From positions 1-64,000 of the forward strand of contig JAUCBJ010003353.1 in NCBI GenBank assembly GCA_032718475.1: a stretch of DNA of 64,000 nt, in the 5' to 3' direction. The notes beneath the pieces were generated by a model, which worked only from the letters and a program-made list of their open reading frames with translations, did no database searches and was not told the DNA's origin. This document shows, in pieces, positions 24,824 to 38,126 of the stretch. The translations under genes and the position numbers were made by a program. Position 1 is the first letter of the stretch. Every line of letters starts with the position of its first letter. The DNA is from Nemertoderma westbladi. Its lineage: Eukaryota > Animalia > Xenacoelomorpha.

Positions 24824-26588
24824 ATAATAAAACAGTCAAAAAGATGCTAAAAAGCAGCTAGTAACAAAAGGTCGCGAGAGATTAATATGCAGCTAGACAA
24901 TGAGCTGCAAGCCATTCGGCAAATTCGCGATAGGAGAAATAACAAACAATAAACACAATTAATATATTAATGAATATATTTCTTTAAAACTCTCTAAACT
25001 GCTTTCTAACCCTTTCTAAACTTTCAAAACTGCTTTCTAACCCTTTCTATACTTTCAAACTGCTTTCTAAACATGCTGTGCTTAAATTCGAATTATGAAT
25101 TCTATAATATATTTAGTCTTTCGTTTGTGCAATAAATTATATATAAAATAGCCTACTTGTAATACTTCCCCTCTTACAATGTAGCGCCTTTTATCTTTAC
25201 ACTTAATTGTTGCCAATTTTTTGTTTGTGTAGTATATATTTTTAGTTTCGTTATATAATTATCCTTAATAATTATAATGACTTTTTAATGAAGTCCGACT
25301 TATTTGGGTCTCGTTGCATCATTTTAGAAAAATATGGATTTTAATGGTACATCAAGCTCGTCTATTAACTCATTAATTTGGGTCACTATTTCCCATTTGG
25401 TCCAGTTGGAAATTTGTTTCCTTACTTCCTCTTTGTACCGTGAACGTTGTACCACTCGATTGTTGTTATTGTTGGCCCTGTATTCACTAAGTGGATCACA
25501 CTCTCCTCAGTCTGGAGCTGCCAGTATTGTACCGATTAAGGAATTGGCTGGATAACCCAACAGAAAAACAAAACTCCCAATTCTCGTATGTGTTCCCTCA
25601 GGTAATTAATAGACTCAGTCATGTTTTTTAAATAATTTCTAGTATACTGTTCCAATGTCTGATAAGTAATTAAACAACAAACCAGTTTTTTAGAACCTGC
25701 TTCACCAACTCAACCCCGTAACTACACCAGATCCGCTGATGGGGTACTTACGCCAGGAAGATTTTGTGCAGAGATCATGGCATAAAATACAATGCGCACT
25801 TAACAAATGATAATTGAACAATCTTGGTAGTGACTGATAATTGCCCAAAAACATTCCCTCCCTGAGGGCATGATAAATGAGTCTGTGCATTTGATACTGC
25901 AGGTTTGTAGGGGATTTACATATTGCTAATCCCGAACTGTGAAGGTTATTTTTTCTTTTATTTTCCTTCATTTAATTGATTTGTTTCATGTTACGGCACT
26001 TATTGTATAAATAATTTATTATTTTTCATGATACCGCAAAGTTTGATACCTCACTTTAAGTGCAATAGCACTTAAAATTGGCCATGTTCTCAAGTTCGAC
26101 ATTAGTGACAAAAGGATAAACAATAATTATATACAGTGCGATAGGAACATTTTTGGGCGCAGTAGGCCTATAGCATTGTAATTCATCTCTTATTAATATA
26201 CAGTAACTTGAGAGAATTAAACTATATTAAGGGAATTAATTACAAATAGTACCTAGTTTACCAACTTGGCACTGTCTAACTTGATAACTCAGGTTATGTT
26301 GATGGACAATGCAGTGTGTCACTACAGTAGCGGGTGTTGTTGGATTCAACGTTAATAATTACTAACTCTTTTTTAATTCAATAAGAAAGTAATGATAGTG
26401 CATTTCTTTTTTTCAATTATTTTTTTGAAAATTTAAGTGAGAGAAAGCGAATTTTTTCAGAGAAAATAATTTATTCTAAATCAATAAATTTCAAGTCTCA
26501 GTAATATTTTCCGTCAAGGTCCAGTTTCAAGCTTATAACTTCTTCGCCTCTGTACAATATGCGTAACTGACATGACGTCCGGGCGGAT

Positions 26589-27602
26589 ATGAGTCTTCAA
26601 GGTGTTTATATCAATTCAGAGATTAGACGGGAAGAGATTCCAGGGCCCCAGGACGCCGTTTATGACGTCATACCTGATAATGTGATATCCCAAAATACGT
26701 CACAAAGTATTAGAGATCATCATGGAGGTGTTTCCGAAAGCCAATTGGTGTCTGTTAGAAGATGGTGGGTTGGGGTTGTTGTTGGTTTGGTTGTTGTGCT
26801 GTTTGTGGTAGGAGCAGCTATAGCAATATCGTCTTACTTTCTTCAACAGAAATTTACCCAACAGATACATGACAAGCTATCAGCTCACAATACAGAATTG
26901 ATAGACAAGATAACTGCTAACAATAATGAATTGCAAAACAAATATGCAACTAACATTAACGAATTGGATAACAAGTTTACAGAAAATATTGAAGAAGTGT
27001 TATTGCGTCCTGCCACCACTATCGTCAGCCACCATTACGGCGTAAAAGGCTATATTAGATATGACAACTCAGTTCCTGGCGGGCCCTGGGTTGTTATTCA
27101 GAGGAGAGTAGATGGGTCTGAGGATTTCTATCGCGGTTGGCAGGATTATGTTCATGGATTCGGAGACGTTGGTTCTGAGTTTTTTCTGGGTTTGGAGAAC
27201 ATATTCAAATTTAGTATAAATAGCGTCGTATTAAGAGTAGATCTCTGGTACCAAGGTGAACACAAGTACGCTGAGTACAACAACTTCCAACTTGGCGATT
27301 CTCAGTTGAATTACAGGCTGTCTATATCTGGATATCGTGGTACTGCTGGTGACTCCATACTTTATGGGAGTCCTGCTGGCGGCGACTATCTTAATGGATA
27401 CCCTTTCTCTACTTATGATAAAGAAAATGACGTTCATCCAGAGAACTGTGCTGCGGTCTACCGCAAAGGGGGGTGGTGGTATCGCGGATGCTCCAGCTCA
27501 AATCTAAACGGCATCTTCGGGGTAGAGGGTGGGCAGGGGGTTTATTGGGTGACATTCAACGATCAACCGCTAAACAAGGTTGAAATGAAAATTAGGGTTT
27601 AG
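26589..27602 (+). CDS. Intronless type II transmembrane fibrinogen-related protein (FReD; FIBCD1-like architecture)
   Basis: Cytoplasmic N-terminus, TM helix RRWWVGVVVGLVVVLFVVGAAIAISSYFL, short coiled-coil stalk, then FReD motifs GGPWVVIQRRVDGSEDFYRGWQDYVHGFG, EFFLGLE, YRGTAGDS, FSTYDKEND, GGWWYRGCSSSNLNG, VEMKIR. Confidence 0.92.
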   Translation: MSLQGVYINSEIRREEIPGPQDAVYDVIPDNVISQNTSQSIRDHHGGVSESQLVSVRRWWVGVVVGLVVVLFVVGAAIAISSYFLQQKFTQQIHDKLSAHNTELIDKITANNNELQNKYATNINELDNKFTENIEEVLLRPATTIVSHHYGVKGYIRYDNSVPGGPWVVIQRRVDGSEDFYRGWQDYVHGFGDVGSEFFLGLENIFKFSINSVVLRVDLWYQGEHKYAEYNNFQLGDSQLNYRLSISGYRGTAGDSILYGSPAGGDYLNGYPFSTYDKENDVHPENCAAVYRKGGWWYRGCSSSNLNGIFGVEGGQGVYWVTFNDQPLNKVEMKIRV

Positions 27603-30275
27603 TAAATTTAATTGTAAATTATTAACGGGACAATTTGGTTTGTTTATATTTTGTTTAGCTACTTATTTATTTTTGAATATGTCTTGGTTATATTAAATTA
27701 CTTTGTTTTTCATATTTTGTTACCAGTATTTCTTAATTATTTACACCATGACCCGTAATATAGTTTTATTTTCTGATGACACGGATCCCCTCCCCAAAAT
27801 TTTTCTACAAATCTTTCTCATATTGCCTGAAATTTGAAACAAAACTAGTTCAACTCTCCATCAATGACCCCATGAAGTCCGAATTTTGATTTTGGCTTTA
27901 ATTTTTTTTAATAAGTGTCTTAAATAAGTGTCTTTGGCTAAGTTGAATCTTTCGTACATCGCCATTCTTCACAATAATCGTGAATTATTTATATCATTAG
28001 AAACCTTCCTTACGTTTCGTTGGGAAATTGTATATAAGTTACTTGGGAAGAATTGTGTTGACATTGTAAATAAACGATTGTTGCACAAATCCTGGTCTTT
28101 AGCTAAAAGTTTACTATTTAAGTGCAGCTTACATTTTTGATCAAAGAGAAAAAATACCAAGAAAAGTTACATTCTCGATGCTCAAACATAGCCAAAGATA
28201 AAGTGAAATGTTGTTATGAAAGCCTTGAACTTGCAGTACTCATTCAACCATGCAGAAATAATTAGTGGTCAGGTGGATGCTTTAAAACTTTAAAGTTCAC
28301 AACTAACTGTAATCAGAAAATACCTGCCTGATATGCAATAAATGTGCTACTCTCATAAGAAAACCTAAATGCAACAGTCATGAGTGATTCATCAATTGAA
28401 CGCCCGGCGGATTGGGAACGCCATTTCCAAAATAATAATGACTGTCTGTCCTGCAGGCATCCTGTGTACTCACTGACTCTGGAGTCAATTTTGGTAATAT
28501 ACCGGTAACATTTGCAGAGGTATGGCTACAGCAATGGTCAACAAAAGCAATTGAGCATATGACATATATGGGCTTCATTCTGTGGTCTTCAAATTAGAGC
28601 AATGCTAAAACTTGTTGCACTCCATACCTTTAGAGGAAAAAAAATGTTCCACGAGAACTAAAGACAAATCAGCTAGTCCCAAAAAGGTGATACTGCCTGT
28701 GATAGGTTATGTTAGTGGATAATATCCATATTAGGTGTACTTCACTCACTCCCAGATTGACATAAATTACGGATAGGAGAACGTGCCAATTTTCACACAC
28801 CCAATTATAAGTGCCTATTAACATCTGTAAGCAATATTATATAGTTGCATCCTCAAAGCCAAATATGCAATATTTATTTAACAATGTAAAGATTATGCCT
28901 CCAACCAATAACCAGCAAGTACCTGATCCACCATCACCAGCCAGTACCCTGTTTCTATTGTTGGTATATATCATATACTCAATACCCATACTTTAAATGG
29001 CAATTGGACGTTATATTATGATACAATCTACAGTAGTTTCTGCGGCATTTGTTAGAGCATTATAGTACTGTTTGACTCCTATTATTATTATATATCACAG
29101 TACAGTGACCAATATCATGGCATATTGGTCACTGACTGATAGATCAAGCTACGCCGTTCTTCTGTTTGACTCAACTCCCATGAAGAATTCGCATTACTGC
29201 TCTACCAGATATCCATTAATGAAGAACAAAGGGACACCTACCTGTAGCTCCGCAGCTTTTCATCAATTCACTACGCCAGCGAACAGGTTATGTTATCATG
29301 GTGTTAGTCGGATATCGATTGCAGCAAAGTCACTTGACATAATTATGATCGCATCAGGGAGGCTCCCTTACTCTTGCGTGGGAATCGTTCTGTGAAGTAG
29401 AGAGGCACCTCCGAGGCACTCTAACACGTCAGCGCACTATTGTAGAACATGTGCGATTCTTGATGATATTATTTATGCAATCAGATCAACTTATAGTATG
29501 ACGGATCCTTGACGATACACGTAATTTTGTTACATTATGTCTATCGGGGTTCCGATAAGATGTTCTAAAAGTTTATTCTCATTGTAATTGTGATTACTTT
29601 ACAGCCTTCCGACATATGGATTGCAGCGCTCCAATGGTATATTTTAGCGTTACCAGGATACAGTGTAACCAGAGCACTAAGTTCACCAAACAGAACAAAC
29701 GTAACAACCAAATTAGGTTGATTTCCAACAATATTAATTGCCCGTTTTGCCGTTCAATTTACACATTGTAGCTAGGAATAGTGAAATACTAAAAATTAAA
29801 GAAATGGGGGGTAAACGCTATGCCTACACACCTTGTAGGCAGGTTAGTAAAGAAGCAGGTTACAGAAGCGGGTTGAAAACAACCAAAACAATAAACTAGA
29901 GTTAGGAATATTATATAAACCCAATTTAATTAATAATCAATATTCAGATGTATTAGCCTACTGGCTTACAGTACAAGTGTTTAGGCATAGGTGTAGATGA
30001 AGCTTTTACCCTGAAAAAAATTATTCTTTTGCCTACACAGTACACATAATGTAAAACTCCGTTGTGTTAAGCTCAACCAAATCACTCAAATTATGAGCGT
30101 AATTTAATTTGCAATCATAAAACATATATTATTTTTAACAGTTCGCCATCAAGTCATACAATATATAATTTATTTTAGAAAGAAGCTCTGATGTCAGTAG
30201 CGGATTGATACGGGTAAATAAATTACAGTTATTACATTTCACATTGAATATACTTCTGTTTGTACACAGTATTGT

Positions 30276-30512
30276 TTATTTGCGACCAGCAAATGACTTT
30301 AGTCTGCTCCCGTAACCACGTGTAAGCGTACATAATGCTTCGTCCTCACAATTATCAGGACAATCACATTGATGGTTGCATATCTTTGTCATCCCCATAA
30401 TCGTGCCATCGTCACAACGCATAAAGTTGTTGGTGTTGGTGCCATCAGCGACCACTAATATCAACATCCCAATGACTAATACGAACAGACCCAGTAAGAA
30501 TGTTCTTGCCAT
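30276..30512 (-). CDS. Small secreted cysteine-rich peptide with an LDLa-like module and C-terminal G-R-K
   Basis: Hydrophobic signal peptide MARTFLLGLFVLVIGMLILVVADG. FMRCDDGTI...ICNHQCDCPDNCEDEALC resembles LDL-receptor class A. The protein ends SFAGRK*. A splice acceptor TTTTTTAAATAG lies 10 nt before the ATG (30523). Confidence 0.72.
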   Translation of the reverse strand: MARTFLLGLFVLVIGMLILVVADGTNTNNFMRCDDGTIMGMTKICNHQCDCPDNCEDEALCTLTRGYGSRLKSFAGRK

Positions 30513-31492
30513 GATATTTGACCTATTTAAAAAATAGGTATAGGAATATTAAATTATATGTTCGGTAAAGTTATATTCATGTTTGGGATTATTTTCAGAT
30601 GGAGAAATGAGTGCGAAAACCATCCAAAAGACTAGTATTTGTGAAAAGAAGCATTTTCAGATGCTATAATAAGATATGTTAGGTTTACTTCAATGCAGTG
30701 TGATTGAGAGAGTACGAGGAAAGTTAAAGACAATGTAAACATGTACTTTGCAGCAAAAATGTCGCCATACGAAAACTGCATGGTGAATATTTTTGTAGAA
30801 ATTTTTGTAAGTATTTCTAATAATTAGAGCCATAAAATATACATATTTTGTACTTTTTTTTTTAAATTTACCAACACAGTAAACGTTATTTTCGATTCTA
30901 CAATACTGCATGTAGTTTTAAAGGACTAACTGGAGCTATTTATGAAATAAAAACCAAGTTTAATTGTGAGGTTTTGTTGTAAAAACAGTTGAAACACACT
31001 CTAAAGTTAAAACCATTTTAGAGAATAGTTGCGATGCAAGTTTTAGGCATGTCCATCATCATGAGTCGGCTCTAAAAGAACAGTCGCGCTGCGCCAGTGA
31101 TTAACGACAATCAGTAATGTGGTCCTCAAAGACGGCCAAGTACGGTAGGGTTGAGCACAGTGCCGTCATATGATAGTATTGACAGATGGGAGGCCATGAA
31201 GAGGTCAATTGCGGACATACAAGGTATCAGGTATAGTATTTCCAGGTCTATCTTTTACCTGAGCCACCAGCTGAACGGTTAGAGCGTCAGACTTCAATAA
31301 TAAATATTTATCAAGGAAATATAATCTTTTTTTTTCCGCGAAGGCCCTAAATAATAAGAACTTCAGAACATTTGCGACGTTATGATGCTTAGTTACAGCT
31401 TTTGCGTTCTAAAAATATAGCTTAGAACGCCTTTGTAGTACTGCTTCAGGTTAGGTTACCGTTTAATAAAATAAAAAGTTGGTGCGATAGTA

Positions 31493-34400
31493 CTGTCTTT
31501 GCTACAAACAGACCTTGCTACAACCAGTCCTTGCTACAGCCAGTCCTTGCAACAACCAGTCCTTGCAACACACAGTACTTGCTACAACGAGTCCTTGCTA
31601 CAACCAGTCCTTGAAACAAACAGTCCTTGTTACAAACAGTCCTTGCTACAAACAGTCCTTGCAACAAACAGTACTTGCTACAACGAGTCATTGCTACAGC
31701 CAGTCCTCGCAACAACCAGTCCTTGTTACAAACAGTCCTTGCTGCAAACAGTCCTTGCTACAAACAGTCCTTGCTACAACCAGTCCTTGCTACAACCAGT
31801 CCTTGCAAAAACCAGTCCTTGTTACAAACAGTCCTTGCTACAAACAGTCCTTGCAACAAACAGTACTTGCTACAACGAGTCATTGCTACAACCAGTCCTT
31901 GCAACAAACAGTACTTGCAACAAACAGTCCTTGTTACAAACAGTCCTTGTTACAAACAGTCCTTGCTACAACCAGTCCTTGCAACAAAAACAAACAGTCC
32001 TTGCTACAACCAGCCCTTGCAAGAAAAACAAACAGTCCTTGCTACAACCAGTCCTTGCAACAAACAGTCCTTGCAACAAACAGTACTTGCTACAACGAGT
32101 CATTGCTACAACCAGTCCTTGCAACAAACAGTATTTGCAACAAACAGTCCTTGTTACAAACAGTCCTTGTTACAAACAGTCCTTGCTACAACCAGTCCTT
32201 GCAACAAAAACAAACAGTCCTTGCTACAACCAGTACTTGCTACAACGAGTCATTGCTACAACCAGTCCTTGCAACAAACAGTACTTGCAACAAACAGTCC
32301 TTGTTACAAACAGTCCTTGTTACAAACAGTCCTTGCTACAACCAGTCCTTGCAACAAAAACAAACAGTCCTTGCTACAACCTGTCCTTGACAACCACTCC
32401 TTGCTACAACCAGTTCTTGCAACAACCAGTCCTTGTTACAAACAGTGCTTCCAACAACCAGTCCTTGTTACAAACAGTCCTTGTTACAAACAGTCCTTGC
32501 AACAAACAGTACTTGCTACAACGAGTCATTGCTACAACCAGTCCTTGCTACAACCAGTCCTTGTTACAAACAATCCTTGTTACAAACAGTCCTTGCTATA
32601 AACAGTCCTTGCTACAACCAGTCCTTGCAACAAACAGTCCTTTCTACAACCAGTCCTTGCAACAAACAGTACTTGCAACAACCAGTCCTTGTTACAAACA
32701 ATCCTTGCTACAATCAGTCCTTGCAACAACCAGTCCTTGCAACAAACAGTACTTGCTACAACGAGTCATTGCTACAACCAGTCCTTGCTACAACCAGTCC
32801 TTGCAACAAACAGTCCTTGCTACAACCAGTCCTTGTTACAAACAGTCCTTGGTGCAAACAGTCCTTGCTACAAACAGTCCTTGGTGCAAACAGTCCTTGC
32901 TACAAACAGTCCTTGCTACAACCAGTCCTTGCTACAACCAGTCCTTGCTACAACCAGTCCTTGCAACAAACAGTCCTTGCTACAACCAGTCCTTGTTACA
33001 AACTGTCCTTGGTGCAAACAGTCCTTGCTACAAACAGTCCTTGGTGCAAACAGTCCTTGCTACAAACAGTCCTTGCTATAAACAGTCCTTGCTACAACCA
33101 GTCCTTGCAAGAAAAACAAACAGTCCTTGCTACAACCAGTCCTTGCTACAACCAGTCCTTGCAACAACCAGTCCTTGTTACAAACAGTCCTTGCTACAAA
33201 CAGTCCTTGCTACAACCAGTCCTTGCAAGAAAAACAAACAGTCCTTGCTACAACCAGTCCTTGCTACAACCAGTCCTTGTTACAAACAATCCTTGCTACA
33301 ACCAGTCCTTGCAACAAACAGTCCTTTCTACAACCAGTCCTTGCAACAAACAGTACTTGCAACAACCAGTCCTTGTTACAAACAATCCTTGCTACAATCA
33401 GTCCTTGCAACAACCAGTCCTTGCAACAAACAGTACTTGCTACAACGAGTCATTGCTACAACCAGTCCTTGCTACAACCAGTCCTTGCAACAAACAGTCC
33501 TTGATACAAACAGTCCTTGTTACAAACAGTCCTTGTTACAAACAGTCCTTGCTATAAACAGTCCTTGCTACAACCAGTCCTTGCAAGAAAAACAAACAGT
33601 CCTTGCTACAACCAGTCCTTGCTACAACCAGTCCTTGCAACAACCAGTCCTTGTTACAAACAGTCCTTGCAACAACCAGTCCTTGCAACAAACAGTACTT
33701 GCTACAACGAGTCATTGCTACAACCAGTCCTTGCTACAACCAGTCCTTGCAACAAACAGTCCTTGAAACAAACAGTCCTTGCTACAACCAGTCCTTGCAA
33801 GAAAAACAAACAGTCCTTGCTACAACCAGTCCTTGCAACAACCAGTCCTTGTTACAAACAATCCTTGCTACAACCAGTCCTTGCAACAAACAGTCCTTGT
33901 TACAAACAATCCTTGCTACAACCAGTCCTTGCAACAAACAGTACTTGCAACAACCAGTCCTTGTTACAAACAATCCTTGCTACAATCAGTCCTTGCAACA
34001 ACCAGTCCTTGCAACAAACAGTACTTGCTACAACCAGTCCTTGCTACAACCAGTCCTTGTTACAAACAATCCTTGCTACAACCAGTCCTTGCAACAAACA
34101 GTCCTTTCTACAACCAGTCCTTGCAACAAACAGTACTTGCAACAACCAGTCCTTGTTACAAACAATCCTTGCTACAATCAGTCCTTGCAACAACCAGTCC
34201 TTGCAACAAACAGTACTTGCTACAACGAGTCATTGCTACAACCAGTCCTTGCTACAACCAGTCCTTGTTACAAACAATCCTTGCTACAATCAGTCCTTGC
34301 AACAAACAGTCCTTGAAACAAACAGTCCTTGTTACAAACAGTCCTTGTTACAAACAGTCCTTGCTATAAACAGTCCTTGCTACAACCAGTCCTTGCAAGA

Positions 34401-37370
34401 AAAACAAACAGTCCTTGCTACAACCAGTCCTTGCTACAACCAGTCCTTGCTACAACCAGTCCTTGCAACAACCAGTCCTTGTTACAAACAGTCCTTGCTA
34501 CAACCAGTCCTTGCAACAACCAGTCCTTGTTACAAACAGTCCTTGCAACAAACAGTACTTGAAACAAACAGTCCTTGCTACAACCAGTCCTTGCAAGAAA
34601 AACAAACAGTCCTTGCTACAACCAGTCCTTGCTACAACCAGTCCTTGCAACAACCAGTCCTTGTTACAAACAGTCCTTGCTACAACCAGTCCTTGCAACA
34701 ACCAGTCCTTGTTACAAACAGTCCTTGCTACAAACAGTCCTTGCTACAACCAGTCCTTGCAACAACCAGTCCTTGTTACAACCAGTCCTTGCAACAAACA
34801 GTACTTGCTACAACGTGTCATTGCTACAACCAGTCCTTGCAACCAACAGTACTTGTTACAAACAGTCCTTGCTACAACCAGTCCTTGCTACAACCAGCAG
34901 TCCTTGCAACAACCAGTCCTTGTTACAAACAATCCTTGCTACAACCAGTCCTTGTTACAAACAATCCTTGCTACAACCAGTCCTTGCACCAAACAGTCCT
35001 TTCTACAACCAGTCCTTGCAACAAACAGTACTTGCAACAACCAGTCCTTGTTACAAACAATCCTTGCTACAACCAGTCCTTGCAACAACCAGTCCTTGCA
35101 ACAAACAGTACTTGCTACAACGAGTCATTGCTACAACCAGTCCTTGCTACAACCAGTCCTTGCAACAAACAGTCCTTGAAACAAACAGTCCTTGTTACAA
35201 ACAGTCCTTGTTACAAACAGTCCTTGCTACAAACGTCCTTGTTACAAGCAGTCCTTGCTACAACCAGTCCTTGTTAAAACCAGTCCTTGCAACAAACAGT
35301 CCTTGCTACAACGAGTCATTGCTACAACCAGTCCTTGCTACAACCAGTCCTTGCAACAAACAGTACTTGATACAACCAGTCATTGTTACAAACAGTCCTT
35401 GCTACAAACAGTCCTTGCTACAACCAGTCCTTGCAACAAACAGTACTTGCAACAAAAACAAACATTCCTTGCTACAACCAGTCCTTGCAACACAAAGTAC
35501 TTGCTACAACGAGTCCTTGCTACAACCAGTCCTTGCAACAAACGCTACTTGTTACAACCAGTCCTTGTTACAAACAGTCCTTGCTACAACCAGTCCTTGT
35601 TACAAACAGTCCTTGCTACAACCAGTCCTTGTTACAAACAGTCCTTGCTACAACGAGTCTTTGTTACAAACAGTCCTTGCTACAAACAGTCCTTGCTACA
35701 ACCAGTCCTTGCTACAACCAGTCCTTGCAACAAACGCTACTTGTTACAACCAGTCCTTGTTACAAACAGTCCTTGCTACAACCAGTCTTTGTTACAAACA
35801 GTCCTTGTTACAACCAGTCCTTGCTACAAACAGTCCTTGCTACAACCAGTCCTTGCTACAACCAGTCCTTGCAACAAACGCTACTTGTTACAACCAGTCC
35901 TTGCTACAACCAGTCCTTGCTACAACCAGTCCTTGCAACAAACAGTACTTGTTACAACCAGTCCTTGTTACAAACAGTCCTTGCTACAACCAGTCCTTGT
36001 TACAAACAGTCCTTGCAACAAACAGTACTTGTTACAACCAGTCCTTGTTACAAACAGTCCTTGCAACAAACAGTACTTGTTACAACCAGTCCTTGTTACA
36101 AACAGTCCTTGCTACAACCAGTCCTTGTTACAAACAGTCCTTGCAACAAACAGTACTTGTTACAACCAGTCCTTGTTACAAACAGTCCTTGCTACAACCA
36201 GTCCTTGTTACAAACAGTCCTTGCAACAAACAGTACTTGTTACAACCAGTCCTTGTTACAAACAGTCCTTGCAACAAACAGTACTTGTTACAAACAGTCC
36301 TTGCTACAACCAGTCCTTGCTACAACCAGTCCTTGCAACAAACAGTCCTTGCTACAACCAGTCCTTGTTACAAACAGTCCTTGCAACAAACAGTACTTGT
36401 TACAACCAGTCCTTGTTACAAACAGTCCTTGCTACAACCAGTCCTTGTTACAAACAGTCCTTGCAACAAACAGTACTTGTTACAACCAGTCCTTGTTACA
36501 AACAGTCCTTGCAACAAACAGTACTTGTTACAAACAGTCCTTGCTACAACCAGTCCTTGCAACAAACAGTCCTTGCTACAACCAGTCCTTGTTACAAACA
36601 GTCCTTGCAACAAACAGTACTTGTTACAAACAGTCCTTGCTACAACCAGTCCTTGCTACAACCAGTCCTTGCAACAAACAGTCCTTGCTACAACCAGTCC
36701 TTGTTATAAACAGTCCTTGCAACAAACAGTACTTGTTACAACCAGTCCTTGTTACAAACAGTCCTTGCTACAACCAGTCCTTGTTACAAACAGTCCTTGC
36801 TACAACCAGTCCTTGTTACAAACAGTCCTTGCAACAAACAGTACTTGTTACAACCAGTCCTTGTTACAAACAGTCCTTGCTACAACCAGTCCTTGTTACA
36901 AACAGTCCTTGCAACAAACAGTACTTGTTACAACCAGTCCTTGTTACAAACAGTCCTTGCAACAAACAGTACTTGTTACAAACAGTCCTTGCTACAACCA
37001 GTCCTTGCAACAAACAGTCCTTGCTACAACCAGTCCTTGTTACAAACAGTCCTTGCAACAAACAGTACTTGTTACAAACAGTCCTTGCTACAACCAGTCC
37101 TTGTTACAAACAGTCCTTGCAACAAACAGTACTTGTTACAACCAGTCCTTGTTACAAACAGTCCTTGCTACAACCAGTCCTTGTTACAAACAGTCCTTGC
37201 AACAACCAGTCCTTGCTACAACCAGTCCTTGCAACAAACAGTCCTTGCTACAACCAGTCCTTTCTACAACCAGTCCTTTCTACAACCAGTCCTTGCTACA
37301 ACCAGTCCTTTCTACAACCAGTCCTTGCTACAACCAGTCCTTGCTACAACGAGTCATTGCTACAACCTGT
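31493..37370. repeat. ~5.9-kb satellite of 16-bp units (GCTACAACCAGTCCTT and variants)
   Basis: About 365 units by length. Variants GCTA/GTTA/GCAA, CAAC/CAAA and GTCC/GTAC/GTCA recur in ordered blocks. Confidence 0.97.
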
Positions 37371-37718
37371 ATCCTTGCCAATAAATTCCCTCACAGCCAA
37401 TATAGTGTGCGAAATTACAGAGTTTGAGGATCTAATCTACGATTCCTTCCAGTATTTTTAATATAATTACTGTATAGATGAAATTATTGGCTGTAATCAT
37501 AATTACTAATTAATTAACGCCCTCAAAAACTTACTGCTGTCACAGTATTAGAAAAGTATGCAATTTTTAGCCATATCAGTAATATACTGTTTTATTTTTA
37601 TTGTAATTATTTAATTAAAATTAATTAAAAAAAAATTATTTATGTATATATTATATAGAAGATAAATATTACAGAAGCTCAGCTCACATTGTTCAAGTAA
37701 TCCACAACAAATAAATAT

Positions 37719-37903
37719 GTCGCAGTGTCCTAGTGGATAAGGCGCCTGAACTTCTTACACACTACTACTGTTTGGTGGCTCAGGTTCACATACGACTAAA
37801 AGCTGTAGAAATTGCGCACTTTAGTGCCCCTAGACATGACAAGTTAGTGTCTACACCAAACGGTATAAGGGGAACCCAGCTTTGCCGGGGGAATAATAAT
37901 AAA
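37719..37903 (+). mobile_element. Degenerate tRNA-derived SINE
   Basis: A-box-like TGTCCTAGTGG, B-box-like GGTTCACATAC, a non-tRNA body and an (AAT)n/A tail. Confidence 0.55.
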
Positions 37904-37980
37904 ATCGATTATAGTTCAGAATAACATATAATTAACCAAAATTATCACTAATAAGTATCAATCAAATAATGATTGCTTAC

Positions 37981-38126
37981 CTTTATTGAACGGTTGAACG
38001 GTAGTAACACTAAGTAGTTGTTGTGGGTGATATAATGAAGTAAGTTTGTGTTTTGCTTGGCTCCAATAATGTAGTAGAAGTTGAATTAAAGAGATTCTAA
38101 AGTACAAGATAATGAAACATTCGACT
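37981..38126 (-). other. Probable non-coding first exon of the LDLa-like peptide gene
   Basis: Starts at the Inr adenine and ends at a strong donor AAG|GTAAGC (37980). The nearest downstream strong acceptor before an ATG is at 30523. Confidence 0.5.

Noticed and set aside
27740-28900. Possible decayed transposase downstream of the FReD gene
   Set aside because: I could not recognise catalytic motifs or matching TIRs with confidence.
31499-37461. Many long ORFs (up to 950 aa) of LQPVLATTSPCYNQSL repeats
   Set aside because: They result from a stop-free 16-bp satellite. All three frames give the same peptide, indels shift frame freely, and the starts are TTG codons.
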